From IMG/VR virus record IMGVR_UViG_3300017689_000001, positions 9,876 to 73,875 of that record: a stretch of 64,000 nt of DNA; one strand, 5' to 3'. The number at the start of each line of letters is the position of its first letter. Positions within the stretch are counted from its first letter, which is position 1. The position numbers were made by a program, and so were the translations under genes. Below the pieces are notes generated by a model. The model worked only from the letters and a program-made list of their open reading frames with translations. It had not been told where the DNA came from and searched no databases. Below, one piece after another: positions 17,438 through 26,946 of this stretch. This DNA comes from a virus.

Positions 17438-18093
17438 CCCCACGTCTCCGCCATGGCTCGCGCGATGCCGGGGAAGGTGCGGCTGCGGTCCTTCCAGCGG
17501 TTCGGGCCGGGCGAGGCCTGATGAATGACCGACCACGCCTTGTGCTCGGGCGTGCCGGGCTTGGGCGGCGTCAGCGCCGCGATGGGCTTCGACAGCGGCG
17601 GCAGACCCTTGAGGGTGAAGCCGGTCGCCTTGAACGCCTCGTCGCCGAACCACCAAGGCTGGACGAAGTGCGTTGGGTAGCCATCGTGCGGCAGCCACAC
17701 GTTGATCGCGTCGCGACCGTAGCCGTGCATGACCGGGTTCTCGACGGCGACGCGCGGGATCGGCGAGTTGAGCAGCCGAGCGAAGAACGCCGCTGCGGCC
17801 AGCATATCGTCCCATCGCTGACCATTCACCCACCGACCCGGCGGGATGACTTGCCTGTCAGTGTCCTCATAAAGCCACCGCACGCCGCTGTTGGCGAGGT
17901 AGGTGCAGGGTGGATGGGCGATCATGAGATCGAACGGGCCGCGATCGCGGATGACGTCGAACACGTCGCCGACGATGTGGTCGGGCGAGTTGTCCTCGGC
18001 CGGCAGCAGATCGCAGCTGGTGACGTCATGACCGCGGTCGGCGAAGGCCTGCCGGGTGCGGCCTGAGTATTCGCAGGCGATTAGGACGCGCAT
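17434..18093 (-). CDS. Short phage C5-cytosine methyltransferase-like protein
   Basis: VLIACEYSG (degenerate motif I), DLMIAHPPCTYL (PC motif IV), VAVENP (ENV-like motif VI). Confidence 0.7.
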   Translation of the reverse strand: MRVLIACEYSGRTRQAFADRGHDVTSCDLLPAEDNSPDHIVGDVFDVIRDRGPFDLMIAHPPCTYLANSGVRWLYEDTDRQVIPPGRWVNGQRWDDMLAAAAFFARLLNSPIPRVAVENPVMHGYGRDAINVWLPHDGYPTHFVQPWWFGDEAFKATGFTLKGLPPLSKPIAALTPPKPGTPEHKAWSVIHQASPGPNRWKDRSRTFPGIARAMAETWG

Positions 18094-18350
18094 GGGAGGA
18101 TCTCCACGGTGAGAGGGTCGACCAGCACGACGAGTTCGCCGCGGGTCTCGTCTTCCAGGGCCAAGCGGCCGTGCCAGACGAAGAGGTAACCGACGACGCC
18201 GAGCGCGCAGGCGCGGGCGCCGTCGAGGTCGGCGGCAGTGGCGGGGAAGAAGCCGTTGTCGCACTCGTTGTGGCAGCGCATTTCGCGCTCACCATAGGGG
18301 CGGGTGCGGCCCGTCCCCTCGCACACGTCACATTCAACGCGGTTCCGCAT
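18081..18350 (-). CDS. Small zinc-finger (CxxCxGxG) protein
   Basis: CDVCEGTG...CHNECDNG. Confidence 0.6.
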   Translation of the reverse strand: MRNRVECDVCEGTGRTRPYGEREMRCHNECDNGFFPATAADLDGARACALGVVGYLFVWHGRLALEDETRGELVVLVDPLTVEILPCAS

Positions 18351-18573
18351 TGAAACCCTCCTCGAGCTGGAGCCAGAGCCGCGCGCCGCACGACAGCGGC
18401 TTGTGCGGGCTGTAGATGAAGGTGCCGACAAGCGTGCCGTCGGCGGCCTTGATCTCGATCTCGCTATGTCTCGTCGGCTTGGAGCCGCGCCGGACGATGA
18501 TCGCCGGGCGCGTCCCGCCGTCCTTGGTGTTGGCGCGGATTGCGTCCTGCGCCACGTGAATGATCGTACGCAT
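18334..18573 (-). CDS. Small conserved-type phage protein
   Basis: MRTIIHVAQDAIRAN...KPLSCGARLWL. Confidence 0.7.
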   Translation of the reverse strand: MRTIIHVAQDAIRANTKDGGTRPAIIVRRGSKPTRHSEIEIKAADGTLVGTFIYSPHKPLSCGARLWLQLEEGFNAEPR

Positions 18574-18766
18574 CGATGGCCTCCATGAGCCGAAGTTCGA
18601 GAGCTAGGTTGGTGTCGTAGGCTTCGCGCATTGATGCGCCGAGGACCGGGTCGAAGTTGCGTCCGAACTTGACGATGCCGGCCTCCGCCTTGCGCCGGCG
18701 AGCGCGCACCGCGCACATGGCGCGGTACGTCTCGTCCCGCGTCAGGCGCAGGTCTAGGTGGTCCAT
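18464..18766 (-). CDS. Hypothetical protein
   Basis: GGAG RBS, but the last 110 nt overlap the next gene. Confidence 0.45.
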   Translation of the reverse strand: MDHLDLRLTRDETYRAMCAVRARRRKAEAGIVKFGRNFDPVLGASMREAYDTNLALELRLMEAIDAYDHSRGAGRNPRQHQGRRDAPGDHRPARLQADET

Positions 18767-18775
18767 GATATTCTC

Positions 18776-18808
18776 CGAAACCGGGTCACTCCGCTGGAGT
18801 GACCCGGT
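18776..18808 (-). terminator. 13-bp hairpin after rIIB
   Basis: ACCGGGTCACTCC-N3-GGAGTGACCCGGT then TTC; the U-tail is short. Confidence 0.55.
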
Positions 18809-18814
18809 AGTGGG

Positions 18815-20326
18815 TTAGGCGACGTCCGTGACGAGACGGACGAGGTCGAGCTGGCTCACCGAGTTGTCGCCGCTAAAGCGACCCGACGCGGTGTAGCTAC
18901 GACCGTCGGTATCGACCACCGGGTAGTTGCTGACGCCGGTGATGCTGCGGATCGTCCGCTGCTCGCCGCCGCGGTTCAGCCACACCTGACCGACCGCGAG
19001 GCCGCCGCTGTTGCGCGGCGTGGTCTCCGCTCGGCGGATGATCGCCTCGACGTTGTCGAAGCTGCCGGGGCGGCCGGGGTTGTTACCGCACCCGTTCTTG
19101 CGGAACTTCGCGGCGGTACGGCTGCCGTCGTCGATCTCGATGATGCAGACCGTGCGGTCGTATGCACCCTTGCTCGACACAATGCCGGTGCGACCGTCGA
19201 CGAGCCGTACCTTGTCACCGTCGCGCAGCAGCGCGGTGAAGTTGGTGCGAGCCGCCGGCGGGGTGGCCGGCTTGTCAGCCGCACGGCTGATGACCCGGAT
19301 CACGTCCTGCGGGGCCTCGTAGCCGATCACCTGACCAGCCTTCGTGTTGGCGCAGATGCCGGTCTCGCGGAAGACGAACCCGGTCGTCCGGCAGATGTTG
19401 CTGCTGCTGCCGGCGGCCGTCACTTTCACCGTCTTGCCGTCGCGGGTGACCACCTCGTCGCCGTCCTTGAGGTGGAACTGCTGGACGACATCGACGACCG
19501 CCGACTTGCGCGGCGCCGGGGGTGCCTGCCAGCCGCCGTAGACCTTGGCGGTGCCGTAGAAGTCGTTCAGCTGGTCCTGCCGCTCGATCTCGCCGACGAC
19601 GCGCAGCTCGCAGCAACGGCCCTTGGACAGGTTGTAGTCCGTGGGGATCGCCGTGATGTCGCGCGGGTTGATGACGACCGCGACGATGCGGTCACCGCCC
19701 GAGATCGAGCCGTAGCGGCCGGTCTCGATATACTCGACGCTGGCGAAGTGGATGCCGGTCGAGCAGGTCTGGTTGCGGTTGGGATCGCACTCCTCGCGCG
19801 GCTCGGTGACGACCGCACCGATCGAGTGGTCGAGCTTGCCGCGCTTGCCGGCGTGCTTCGACTGGTAGTTGCGGTCGACGATCTTCCACGCGATCAGCTC
19901 GCCATCCGGCGTGATCGGCAGGTTGCCCTTCACGCACCAGTCGTAGATGGTCTCGACGAGCTGCGGATCGGGATTGGCCCGGCAGTTGGCGAGGAACATC
20001 TGGAACGGCAGCGCCGCCGTCGGGTCGCCCGACTTGACGAAGTCGAGGATGATCTTGGCGAGGTTGTCCTTGACCTCGACGCCGCGGTAGAACAGCTTGC
20101 CGTTCACCACCTTGATCTCGTCGCCCGAGAACGCGGTGATCGCGGCCGGGATGTCGAGCAAGGGCATGATGTCGTTCTCGGTCGTGCGCGGCTCCTTGGC
20201 CAGCTGCGCCAGCTTGGCGAAGTTGGGGTGCGACGACGGGATGACGGTGGGACGGAAGCCGACGACGAGGGTCAGCGAGGTGTCGGTCTTGGTGTAGGGA
20301 ATGGCCACGTTATAGCTCCAGTTCAA
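18815..20326 (-). CDS. rIIB: rIIB-like protein with C-terminal repeat extension
   Basis: FLANCRANP, LPITPDGELIAWK, PNRNQTCSTGIH and INPRDITAIPTDYNLSKGRCC. Confidence 0.88.
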   Translation of the reverse strand: MNWSYNVAIPYTKTDTSLTLVVGFRPTVIPSSHPNFAKLAQLAKEPRTTENDIMPLLDIPAAITAFSGDEIKVVNGKLFYRGVEVKDNLAKIILDFVKSGDPTAALPFQMFLANCRANPDPQLVETIYDWCVKGNLPITPDGELIAWKIVDRNYQSKHAGKRGKLDHSIGAVVTEPREECDPNRNQTCSTGIHFASVEYIETGRYGSISGGDRIVAVVINPRDITAIPTDYNLSKGRCCELRVVGEIERQDQLNDFYGTAKVYGGWQAPPAPRKSAVVDVVQQFHLKDGDEVVTRDGKTVKVTAAGSSSNICRTTGFVFRETGICANTKAGQVIGYEAPQDVIRVISRAADKPATPPAARTNFTALLRDGDKVRLVDGRTGIVSSKGAYDRTVCIIEIDDGSRTAAKFRKNGCGNNPGRPGSFDNVEAIIRRAETTPRNSGGLAVGQVWLNRGGEQRTIRSITGVSNYPVVDTDGRSYTASGRFSGDNSVSQLDLVRLVTDVA

Positions 20327-20375
20327 GATCGTAGTGTGCCGCGGAGACCGCCGCGGCTCGGTAGATACGCTATGC

Positions 20376-22490
20376 TTACAGGTTCTTCAAGAACAATTTG
20401 CGATGATCCTCCTTGTTCAGCTCGAGAACCTCGAGCAGGATCTCCGTCTCGGGGGTCCGAGTACGCAGGGCCTGCCGCAGCGCCAGCGGGTTGACGTTGG
20501 CGGGCAGCTTGGCTTCGACGAACGGCGCCAACTTCTTCTCGGCGCCGGTCAACGGCTTGATGTACGTGCGCCAGGCAGCGTACAGCTTGGCGAACGGCCG
20601 CGACGAGGCCGCCGCGGACAGGTCGTCCATATAGCCGTCGACCGCCTCGAAGTCGTCCGAGAGCCTGCTCATGGCGCCGTCCGACGACAGGGCGATGCGC
20701 GCCGGCAGGTCGGGCGACTTGGCGAGAGCCGCGGCGAGTCGCTCGGCAAAGACCGCGTCGAAGTCACGGAACGCCGGGCGCAGCTTGGGCGCGTCGATCT
20801 GGTTGACGAAGTGCAGCTCGTCCCAACGAACCACGCCGGCCTTCATCTTGCGATGCAGGTCGACAGGCAGGTTCGAGCTTTCCATGACGACCATGATGCC
20901 CGACGACGGCTGATCCTGATAGGCGATCTCGGCGACGCGGCCGATCTTGGACATAGCCGGCGTCAGGTTGGTGATCGGCTGGTGTGTGAACTTGTCGACC
21001 TCGCCGGTGTAGGTGAACATGCGCACGCGCGGCCGCTGGGTGGTCGGCTTGCCACGCGCCGCCTTGACCGGCTCGGGGATCGACGAGGTGAGGACGTACT
21101 CGCTCGGCGACTTGAGCAGCTTGAGCAGCTTCTCGGTCTGGTGCTCGTCCTCGCCGCGCGCCACCAGCACGTAGCCCGACTTCTGGTTGTCGGTCACGTA
21201 CTCGCGGATGCGCTTGATCGTCGCGGACTTGGGCGACTGCGGCAGATCGTCGATGATGATGAAGTCGATCTCGCCGGGGGTGATGCCGTAGACCTCGCCG
21301 ACGCCGCGCCAGTCGCTGGTCGGGCAGTTGACGCCGCGGCGGTTGCGCTTGCGCTCGACGCGCCACAGCCGGGTGCCCAAGCCGGTCAGGCCGGCGTCGA
21401 GCAGGTCGTTGGGCTTGAGGTTGAACGACGTCGCCAGCGGCTGGCCGCGGTAGCGAGCGTTGGATCCGAGCAGCTGCGAGCGGCCGCCGGTGACCGCGGA
21501 GGTCTCGGCGTGCAGCTTGGCCATCGCGTCCCACTCGGACTTGCAGTCCTTGAAGAAGTCCGCGAAGGTCGCGATGACGTCGTCGATCACCGACTCGAGC
21601 TTGAGCTTGAGCGCGGCGTTGGTCTCGGGCGTATATTGCAGCGCCTCGCGCGACATGGCGACGGCGCAGGCGCCGATCGGCATCGTCAGGTCGAGGCCGA
21701 AGTCGAGCAGCGGCGAGACCTTGTCGCCGTAGCGCAGGTCGTACGCCATCGACGCCTTGGTCGCCGGATAGCGCACGCCGCCCATGATGATGCCCAGCTC
21801 GCCGCCGGTGCGCCGCATCGCCCAGCCATTGCCGACGAACGAATAGTCGGGGGCGTTGAGCGTGCCGCCGGTGACGATCGGCAGCGGCTGGAAATACTGC
21901 AGCGCCTCCTGCGTCGCCGCGCTGAACGCCTCCATGTCGGCGTCCTCGACCGGGAAGCTGACCTCGACGCCGTTCGGCTCGTCGGTCGTGGTCTCGGCCT
22001 GCAGCGCGACCGCCGGCAGGTTGTCCTCGTTCTTGTACATCGTGTAGACCGACAGCACGCCGTCGTGGACGACGCGCAGGGTGTACTGGTCGACGTAGGA
22101 GAACGGCGACTTGGATCCGATGCCGAAGCCGCCGATCGCGCCGTTGTCCTTGTCCTTGGTCGAGCCGTCGGTATATGCCATAAAGCGCGACGGCGTCGTC
22201 TCGTCGCCGAGGATGAACAGCTGGCTCATGCCGACGCCGAAGTCACGGATGATGCAGGTCGGGTCGAGCGGGTTGGGCAGCTTGACCTCGACCGGGCGGT
22301 TCGGCGTGCCGGCGGCGACGTGGGCGTCGATGCCGTTGGCGACCAGCTCGCGCATGATCGCCAGCGGCTTGTTGGCGTAGGTCGAGTTCTCGAACATGTC
22401 GAAGATCTTGGGCGACGCCTTGATGGTGGCGACGGCGCCGCGCAGCGGCGTGGACGACTCGACTGCGCGGTGAACGGTGTTGAGCAGCAT
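20376..22490 (-). CDS. rIIA: rIIA-like protein (N-terminal GHKL ATPase)
   Basis: YANKPLAIMRELVANGIDAH, IRDFGVGMS, STKDKDNGAIGGFGIGSKSPFSY; adjacent to rIIB. Confidence 0.9.
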   Translation of the reverse strand: MLLNTVHRAVESSTPLRGAVATIKASPKIFDMFENSTYANKPLAIMRELVANGIDAHVAAGTPNRPVEVKLPNPLDPTCIIRDFGVGMSQLFILGDETTPSRFMAYTDGSTKDKDNGAIGGFGIGSKSPFSYVDQYTLRVVHDGVLSVYTMYKNEDNLPAVALQAETTTDEPNGVEVSFPVEDADMEAFSAATQEALQYFQPLPIVTGGTLNAPDYSFVGNGWAMRRTGGELGIIMGGVRYPATKASMAYDLRYGDKVSPLLDFGLDLTMPIGACAVAMSREALQYTPETNAALKLKLESVIDDVIATFADFFKDCKSEWDAMAKLHAETSAVTGGRSQLLGSNARYRGQPLATSFNLKPNDLLDAGLTGLGTRLWRVERKRNRRGVNCPTSDWRGVGEVYGITPGEIDFIIIDDLPQSPKSATIKRIREYVTDNQKSGYVLVARGEDEHQTEKLLKLLKSPSEYVLTSSIPEPVKAARGKPTTQRPRVRMFTYTGEVDKFTHQPITNLTPAMSKIGRVAEIAYQDQPSSGIMVVMESSNLPVDLHRKMKAGVVRWDELHFVNQIDAPKLRPAFRDFDAVFAERLAAALAKSPDLPARIALSSDGAMSRLSDDFEAVDGYMDDLSAAASSRPFAKLYAAWRTYIKPLTGAEKKLAPFVEAKLPANVNPLALRQALRTRTPETEILLEVLELNKEDHRKLFLKNL

Positions 22491-22521
22491 GTGATATACT
22501 CCGATGGAGGGTGGTGTCAGA

Positions 22522-22869
22522 TCAGAGGGCGATCTCGGCGAACACGGCAGACATCTGCCTGTCGCCCATCGCATAGCCTTCGCGCGGTGCCTCGCTGCGC
22601 TGCGGCCGATCCTCGAACAGCTCGACCTTGCCGACGTCGAACAGCGTCCACTGCGGCAGCGGACGGCTGGCGGCACCGGCGATCTGGAGACCGCGGGCGA
22701 CCAGCTTGCCGGCCGTCGACTGGCCGACCGCATGGATCTCGACCACACGATATTTGCCATCGTACATGAAGTCGACGACGTTGCCGCCCTCCATGGCCTC
22801 GATCATACGATCGGCGATGGAGGTGCCCGGCCGGCTGCGGGGCGGCGTGATGTAGCGGTTGATCTTCAT
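22522..22869 (-). CDS. Stand-alone WYL-domain protein
   Basis: VVDFMYDGKYRVVEIHAVG...WTLFDVGKV. Confidence 0.7.
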   Translation of the reverse strand: MKINRYITPPRSRPGTSIADRMIEAMEGGNVVDFMYDGKYRVVEIHAVGQSTAGKLVARGLQIAGAASRPLPQWTLFDVGKVELFEDRPQRSEAPREGYAMGDRQMSAVFAEIAL

Positions 22870-23288
22870 TCGACGATCTCCACGTTGGTGAGCTTGCCGT
22901 CGGTGACGATGAACTCGATGAGGCCGATGGGTTGCCGCACGCCGGCTCGGATGCGGCGGGTAGTGATCGGATCAGCTGCGGTTGGGTGGTACATGACCTC
23001 GCGCCGGCTCTTGACCACGACGGGCGGGGGCGGGGGCGGCGGCACGTTCTCGAGAGCGCGATCGTCGCGGGTGATGAAGCCACCGCTGGGGTAGAACCAG
23101 CGATACCGTGTGATGCCCTCCTCGTTGACCAGCTTGCAGAGGATCGTCTGACCCTCGTAGCGGACGGCCATAGTGGGGAGCGCCTGCGCGAGCCGCACGC
23201 CCGAGGCTTCGTCCTCGATCACGCAGATGAACGTGACCGATCGGCCGTCGCTGCGCAGCCGCAGCGGCTTGGTGAGGTCGAGGCTCAT
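22866..23288 (-). CDS. DxxKPL-family protein
   Basis: LDLTKPLRLRSDGR...LENVPPP...IEFIVTDGKLTNVEI. Confidence 0.7.
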   Translation of the reverse strand: MSLDLTKPLRLRSDGRSVTFICVIEDEASGVRLAQALPTMAVRYEGQTILCKLVNEEGITRYRWFYPSGGFITRDDRALENVPPPPPPPVVVKSRREVMYHPTAADPITTRRIRAGVRQPIGLIEFIVTDGKLTNVEIVE

Positions 23289-23587
23289 GCCGCCACCGAC
23301 GCGCGGCGGTCGCGCCGATCCTTGAGCATCTGGAGGCGGTCGAGGCCGTAGTCGGGGTTGACGCGGTCGGAGACGAGGCAGCGCACGGCCTGGAGCGTCT
23401 TGGCCGTGACATGGACGCCCTGCTTGAGGCGCGTGCCCATGCGGCGATGGAGGGCGCCGAGCGGATCGGGCTGGCGAAGGTGGAAGGGGATGAAGGTCTC
23501 GGCCTCGAGCTGGGCGGCGGCGAGGCGGTCGCCCGCCATGGCCTTGACCCGCAGCTCGTTGAGGTGCTTCATGCGGCGATTACCCAT
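23285..23587 (-). CDS. Hypothetical protein
   Basis: ORF coupled to neighbours; start uncertain. Confidence 0.55.
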   Translation of the reverse strand: MGNRRMKHLNELRVKAMAGDRLAAAQLEAETFIPFHLRQPDPLGALHRRMGTRLKQGVHVTAKTLQAVRCLVSDRVNPDYGLDRLQMLKDRRDRRASVAA

Positions 23588-23786
23588 AAGTCGTCTCCAT
23601 TTCGATGTTCGCGATCGGACTGATCACGAGGATGCTGTGGACGTAGAAGGCGAGGCCGGCGGCGAGCAGAATGTCGCGGGCCTCCTCCCAGCGCCGTGTC
23701 CAATCGGACAGCGGCACGGGGTCGTCGCCCTGCACGCCGGCCACGATGCACGGGCGGTGGAAGGCGGTGAAGGGCGGACGAGTCAT
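23580..23786 (-). CDS. Small hypothetical protein
   Basis: AAGGAG RBS. Confidence 0.55.
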   Translation of the reverse strand: MTRPPFTAFHRPCIVAGVQGDDPVPLSDWTRRWEEARDILLAAGLAFYVHSILVISPIANIEMETTYG

Positions 23787-23802
23787 AGTACCGGGTACTC
23801 CT

Positions 23803-24018
23803 TTATTCGTTGTGGATCGTCTCGGCGATCCACATGAAGGTGCGGTAGATCATGAAGCCGACGCCGGCGATCAGCGCGAAGGGCAGAGCGATCGTGAAGC
23901 GGAACCCGTAGAAGAAGTCCGTCCACTCGTTCTGCCCCTCCACATGGTCGTCGAGGAAGGACCAGATGCCCATCGCGATCGCGATGAGCACCCAGATGCC
24001 GATGATCCAGAAGATCAC
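23803..24018 (-). CDS. Small membrane protein with two hydrophobic segments
   Basis: IFWIIGIWVLIAIAMGIW and FTIALPFALIAGVGFMIY. Confidence 0.7.
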   Translation of the reverse strand: MIFWIIGIWVLIAIAMGIWSFLDDHVEGQNEWTDFFYGFRFTIALPFALIAGVGFMIYRTFMWIAETIHNE

Positions 24019-24572
24019 TTGGTCTCGACAGCGAACGAGGTCGCCGCCTTGTTGACGACGGTCGACTCGGTGATGATGCGATTGATCGTCGCAACCGGCA
24101 GGTGCGCCGCCAGCCGGCCGACGAGGATGGTCTGGTCAAGCCGCGACGACGCCGCCTTGGTCGTGGCCGTGACGACGTAGCGCTCGGAGTCGAAGACGAC
24201 GCCGGTCTGCTCGCCGCCGGTGATGACGCCGAGCGTGGTCAGCTCGGTCTTGGCCTTCTTCTTGTCGGCCTCGCCGAGACGCACCAGTTCGGCGGCGACG
24301 CCGAGGCGGCGAACGGCCTGTTCCTTGGCGCTGTCCGCGTCGAGCGGCTTGAGCAGCGTCTTCACCGCGGCGAGCACGGTGGTCTTGATGTTCTTCATAA
24401 TGTCATTCTCCAGACGAAGGGAAGAGAGGGCGATGCCGCGCTGGCGGCGATCGTGGTCGAAGGTGACGATGCCCATGCCCGCGACACCATTGATGTCGCG
24501 GACGTAGACTCCCGCCTTGCCTACGAGGGAGACCATGCCTCCCTCGTAGACGACGCGCTGGCCGGGCTGCAT
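24015..24572 (-). CDS. Hypothetical protein
   Basis: 185-aa ORF with overlaps at both ends. Confidence 0.65.
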   Translation of the reverse strand: MQPGQRVVYEGGMVSLVGKAGVYVRDINGVAGMGIVTFDHDRRQRGIALSSLRLENDIMKNIKTTVLAAVKTLLKPLDADSAKEQAVRRLGVAAELVRLGEADKKKAKTELTTLGVITGGEQTGVVFDSERYVVTATTKAASSRLDQTILVGRLAAHLPVATINRIITESTVVNKAATSFAVETK

Positions 24573-24985
24573 CAGCCGTCGAGCGCGGCGAGCTGCGCGC
24601 GCAGGTCGGCCGCCGACTGGGAACCCAGCTCGCGGGTCTCGGCCGCCTCGATCGCGTCGAGGATCTTCTCGCGCTGGGCACGCTTGGCGGCGCGCTCGGC
24701 GTTGCTGGCGTTCTCGGCCTCGCGGATGCCGATGACCGCCTTGACGATCTCCAGCTCGTTGATGAGGCGAGTGCGCTCAGGGGTCGTCGACGCCGACGAC
24801 ACGAACGAGCGGGTGCCCGTCTTGTCGATCTGATCGGCCAAGCCGACCGCGATGTCGTTCAGGTTGGCCTTGCCGACCGACGACGTCAGCGGCAGGTCGA
24901 ACAGCTGCTCGGTCGTGAGCAGGCCGTTGGGGGCGCGGAAGCGGAACTTGCCGCGGGCGGCGGTGAGGAAGAGATCGGACATCAA
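24572..24985 (-). CDS. Conserved-type phage protein (coiled-coil C-terminus)
   Basis: LFLTAARGKFRF..GLLTTEQLFDLPLTS..LNDIA. Confidence 0.7.
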   Translation of the reverse strand: MMSDLFLTAARGKFRFRAPNGLLTTEQLFDLPLTSSVGKANLNDIAVGLADQIDKTGTRSFVSSASTTPERTRLINELEIVKAVIGIREAENASNAERAAKRAQREKILDAIEAAETRELGSQSAADLRAQLAALDG

Positions 24986-26946
24986 AAAGTCACCTCGTAG
25001 GTACGGCCGTCGGCGATCGCGATCACCTTGTCACGGCGAGTGGAAGAGAAGCCGACACCGGACAGCTGTCGCGGCGAGGGCGGGCACTTGGTCTTCGAGG
25101 ACAGCACCTCGAACACCTTCCGGTGCGGGTCGAGCGACCCGCGCAGGAACTCGTTGACGAACCCGCGGGTGGCGTCGGGGTTGACGCAACCGTCGAGCAT
25201 GAAGAACCAGTGGCGATTGCCGACGCCGCCGGCGCCCTCCCAGAAGTTGGGCGAGGTCATGATCGTGTCGACACGCACCGGCGTCAAGGTCTTGACGCCC
25301 CACTTCTCGACCGATGTGGTCGTGCTGGCCATGGCCGTGCCGTGCTTGATGTGAGTCAGCTGGCCGTTGGCGATCGTCAGCGTGATGCTGACTTTGTCAC
25401 CCTGCGCCATAGCCTTGGCGTAGGATAGGTGGTGGACCACGCCCTTGGCCTCGACCTCCAGTTTGAAACCGTCATTCTCGTGCGACCGCCGGTTGAACTG
25501 ATGCACATAGAACTCGTACTGACCGTCGAGTGGCATTCGCGGCCAGGCCATGTTCTCGACCGGATCAACCCGGTTCATCTTGCCGCCGGCGTTCATGTCG
25601 ACATCAAGAATGCCACACTTATTACCGAAATAGATCTCGCTGCCGCGCGGCGGACGGCAGTGAAGATCAAGATCATCGCCGTTGAACCAGCCGAGGCTGA
25701 TCCGCAATTCGCCATCGACGCGCCCGCCCGCGGCCTTGACGCGGTCACGCATGCCGGTGTCGGCCAGCTCGCCGTCGTACATCCACGCGAACTCGTTGTC
25801 CCACTTGAACAGCTTGCCGCTGTCGGCGTGCTGCGGCGCGGTGAGCGAGACGAAGTTGCGCAGCTGGTCGTTGGCGACGAGCAGCTCGATCGACTTGGCG
25901 CCGAGCGCCATGAAGTCGTCGATCGAGATCGGCGTGGCGGCCGTCGTGTCGAGCGCGCGGCTGCGCACCTTGGACGACCCCATCAGCAGGTCGGTCAGGC
26001 CGCCCTTCATCTTGCCGCGCACCTCGTTGTCGACGAACAGCACGTCGCTGACGCTGACGTCGTCGATCACCGCGTAGCGCCGCTCGATCGCGTCGGTGAG
26101 GCCCAGCTCGTCGAGGGCGGCGACCGCCTGCTCGATCATCTTGGGCGTGATGAGCGCGGTCGGGCGCTTGTAGTTCTCGGGCGCCACCTTCTTCTCGAAG
26201 GACTTGACCGCCTTCTCCAGCTCGACGCCCTCGGCGAGGTCGACGAGCAGCGTGCCGATGACCGTGTTGCGGAAGCGCGCCGCCGGCTTGTCGAGGCTCG
26301 ACCAGATGAACCCCTCGTGGTCCGGCGCCTTGGCAAAGGCCTGCTGCAGCGTGCGGAAGTCCTTGATCGCCTTGACGTGCTCCTCGCCTCGGTAGAGCGC
26401 CTTGGCCTCGATCAGGTCGAGGACGGTGTCGATGTCGGCCGGCGTGATCTCGTTGAGGCCACGGCGCAGCACCTGCGCGATGGCGCCGCGCTCGCCGCGC
26501 ACCTTGTCGGGCATCGAGGTCTGGTGGAGCTTGGCGACGGCACCGTAGAAGTGCTCCCAGCGGATCGACGGATCGTGGTTGTCGTAGTTCGGCTTCGAGC
26601 CGAACGCCGCTTCCTTGGTGCGGAAGATGCCGGTGATCGGCGCCTGCTGCACGATCTCCGACAGGCGCTGCGCCACCACGTCGTAGGGGTAGGGCACGTC
26701 GCCGACTTCCCACAGGCTGGAGCGCGAGCCGTCGGGGTTGATGGTGACGACGTTGCCGAGACGCCGGATGAAGTTCTTGTCGGCGTTGCAGTCGTGGGTG
26801 GTGCGCACCCGGAAGATCGGGTCGGTGCCCTCGGGGAAGGCGGCGAGATACGTCTCGAACAGGTCGATGACGTCGACGGTGAACAGCTCACCGCGAACGA
26901 GGTCGGCGTAGCGCTTGGCCACGGCGTTGGCGAAGGTCTTGAACAT
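24982..26946 (-). CDS. Large phage protein with C-terminal YfaP/DUF2135-like domain
   Basis: LRISLGWFNGDDLDLHC, ILDVDMNAGG..PVENMAW; also FEKKVAPENYKRP. Confidence 0.65.
   Translation of the reverse strand: MFKTFANAVAKRYADLVRGELFTVDVIDLFETYLAAFPEGTDPIFRVRTTHDCNADKNFIRRLGNVVTINPDGSRSSLWEVGDVPYPYDVVAQRLSEIVQQAPITGIFRTKEAAFGSKPNYDNHDPSIRWEHFYGAVAKLHQTSMPDKVRGERGAIAQVLRRGLNEITPADIDTVLDLIEAKALYRGEEHVKAIKDFRTLQQAFAKAPDHEGFIWSSLDKPAARFRNTVIGTLLVDLAEGVELEKAVKSFEKKVAPENYKRPTALITPKMIEQAVAALDELGLTDAIERRYAVIDDVSVSDVLFVDNEVRGKMKGGLTDLLMGSSKVRSRALDTTAATPISIDDFMALGAKSIELLVANDQLRNFVSLTAPQHADSGKLFKWDNEFAWMYDGELADTGMRDRVKAAGGRVDGELRISLGWFNGDDLDLHCRPPRGSEIYFGNKCGILDVDMNAGGKMNRVDPVENMAWPRMPLDGQYEFYVHQFNRRSHENDGFKLEVEAKGVVHHLSYAKAMAQGDKVSITLTIANGQLTHIKHGTAMASTTTSVEKWGVKTLTPVRVDTIMTSPNFWEGAGGVGNRHWFFMLDGCVNPDATRGFVNEFLRGSLDPHRKVFEVLSSKTKCPPSPRQLSGVGFSSTRRDKVIAIADGRTYEVTF

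Noticed and set aside
20334-22769. 811-aa plus-strand ORF
   Set aside because: Shadow of rIIA
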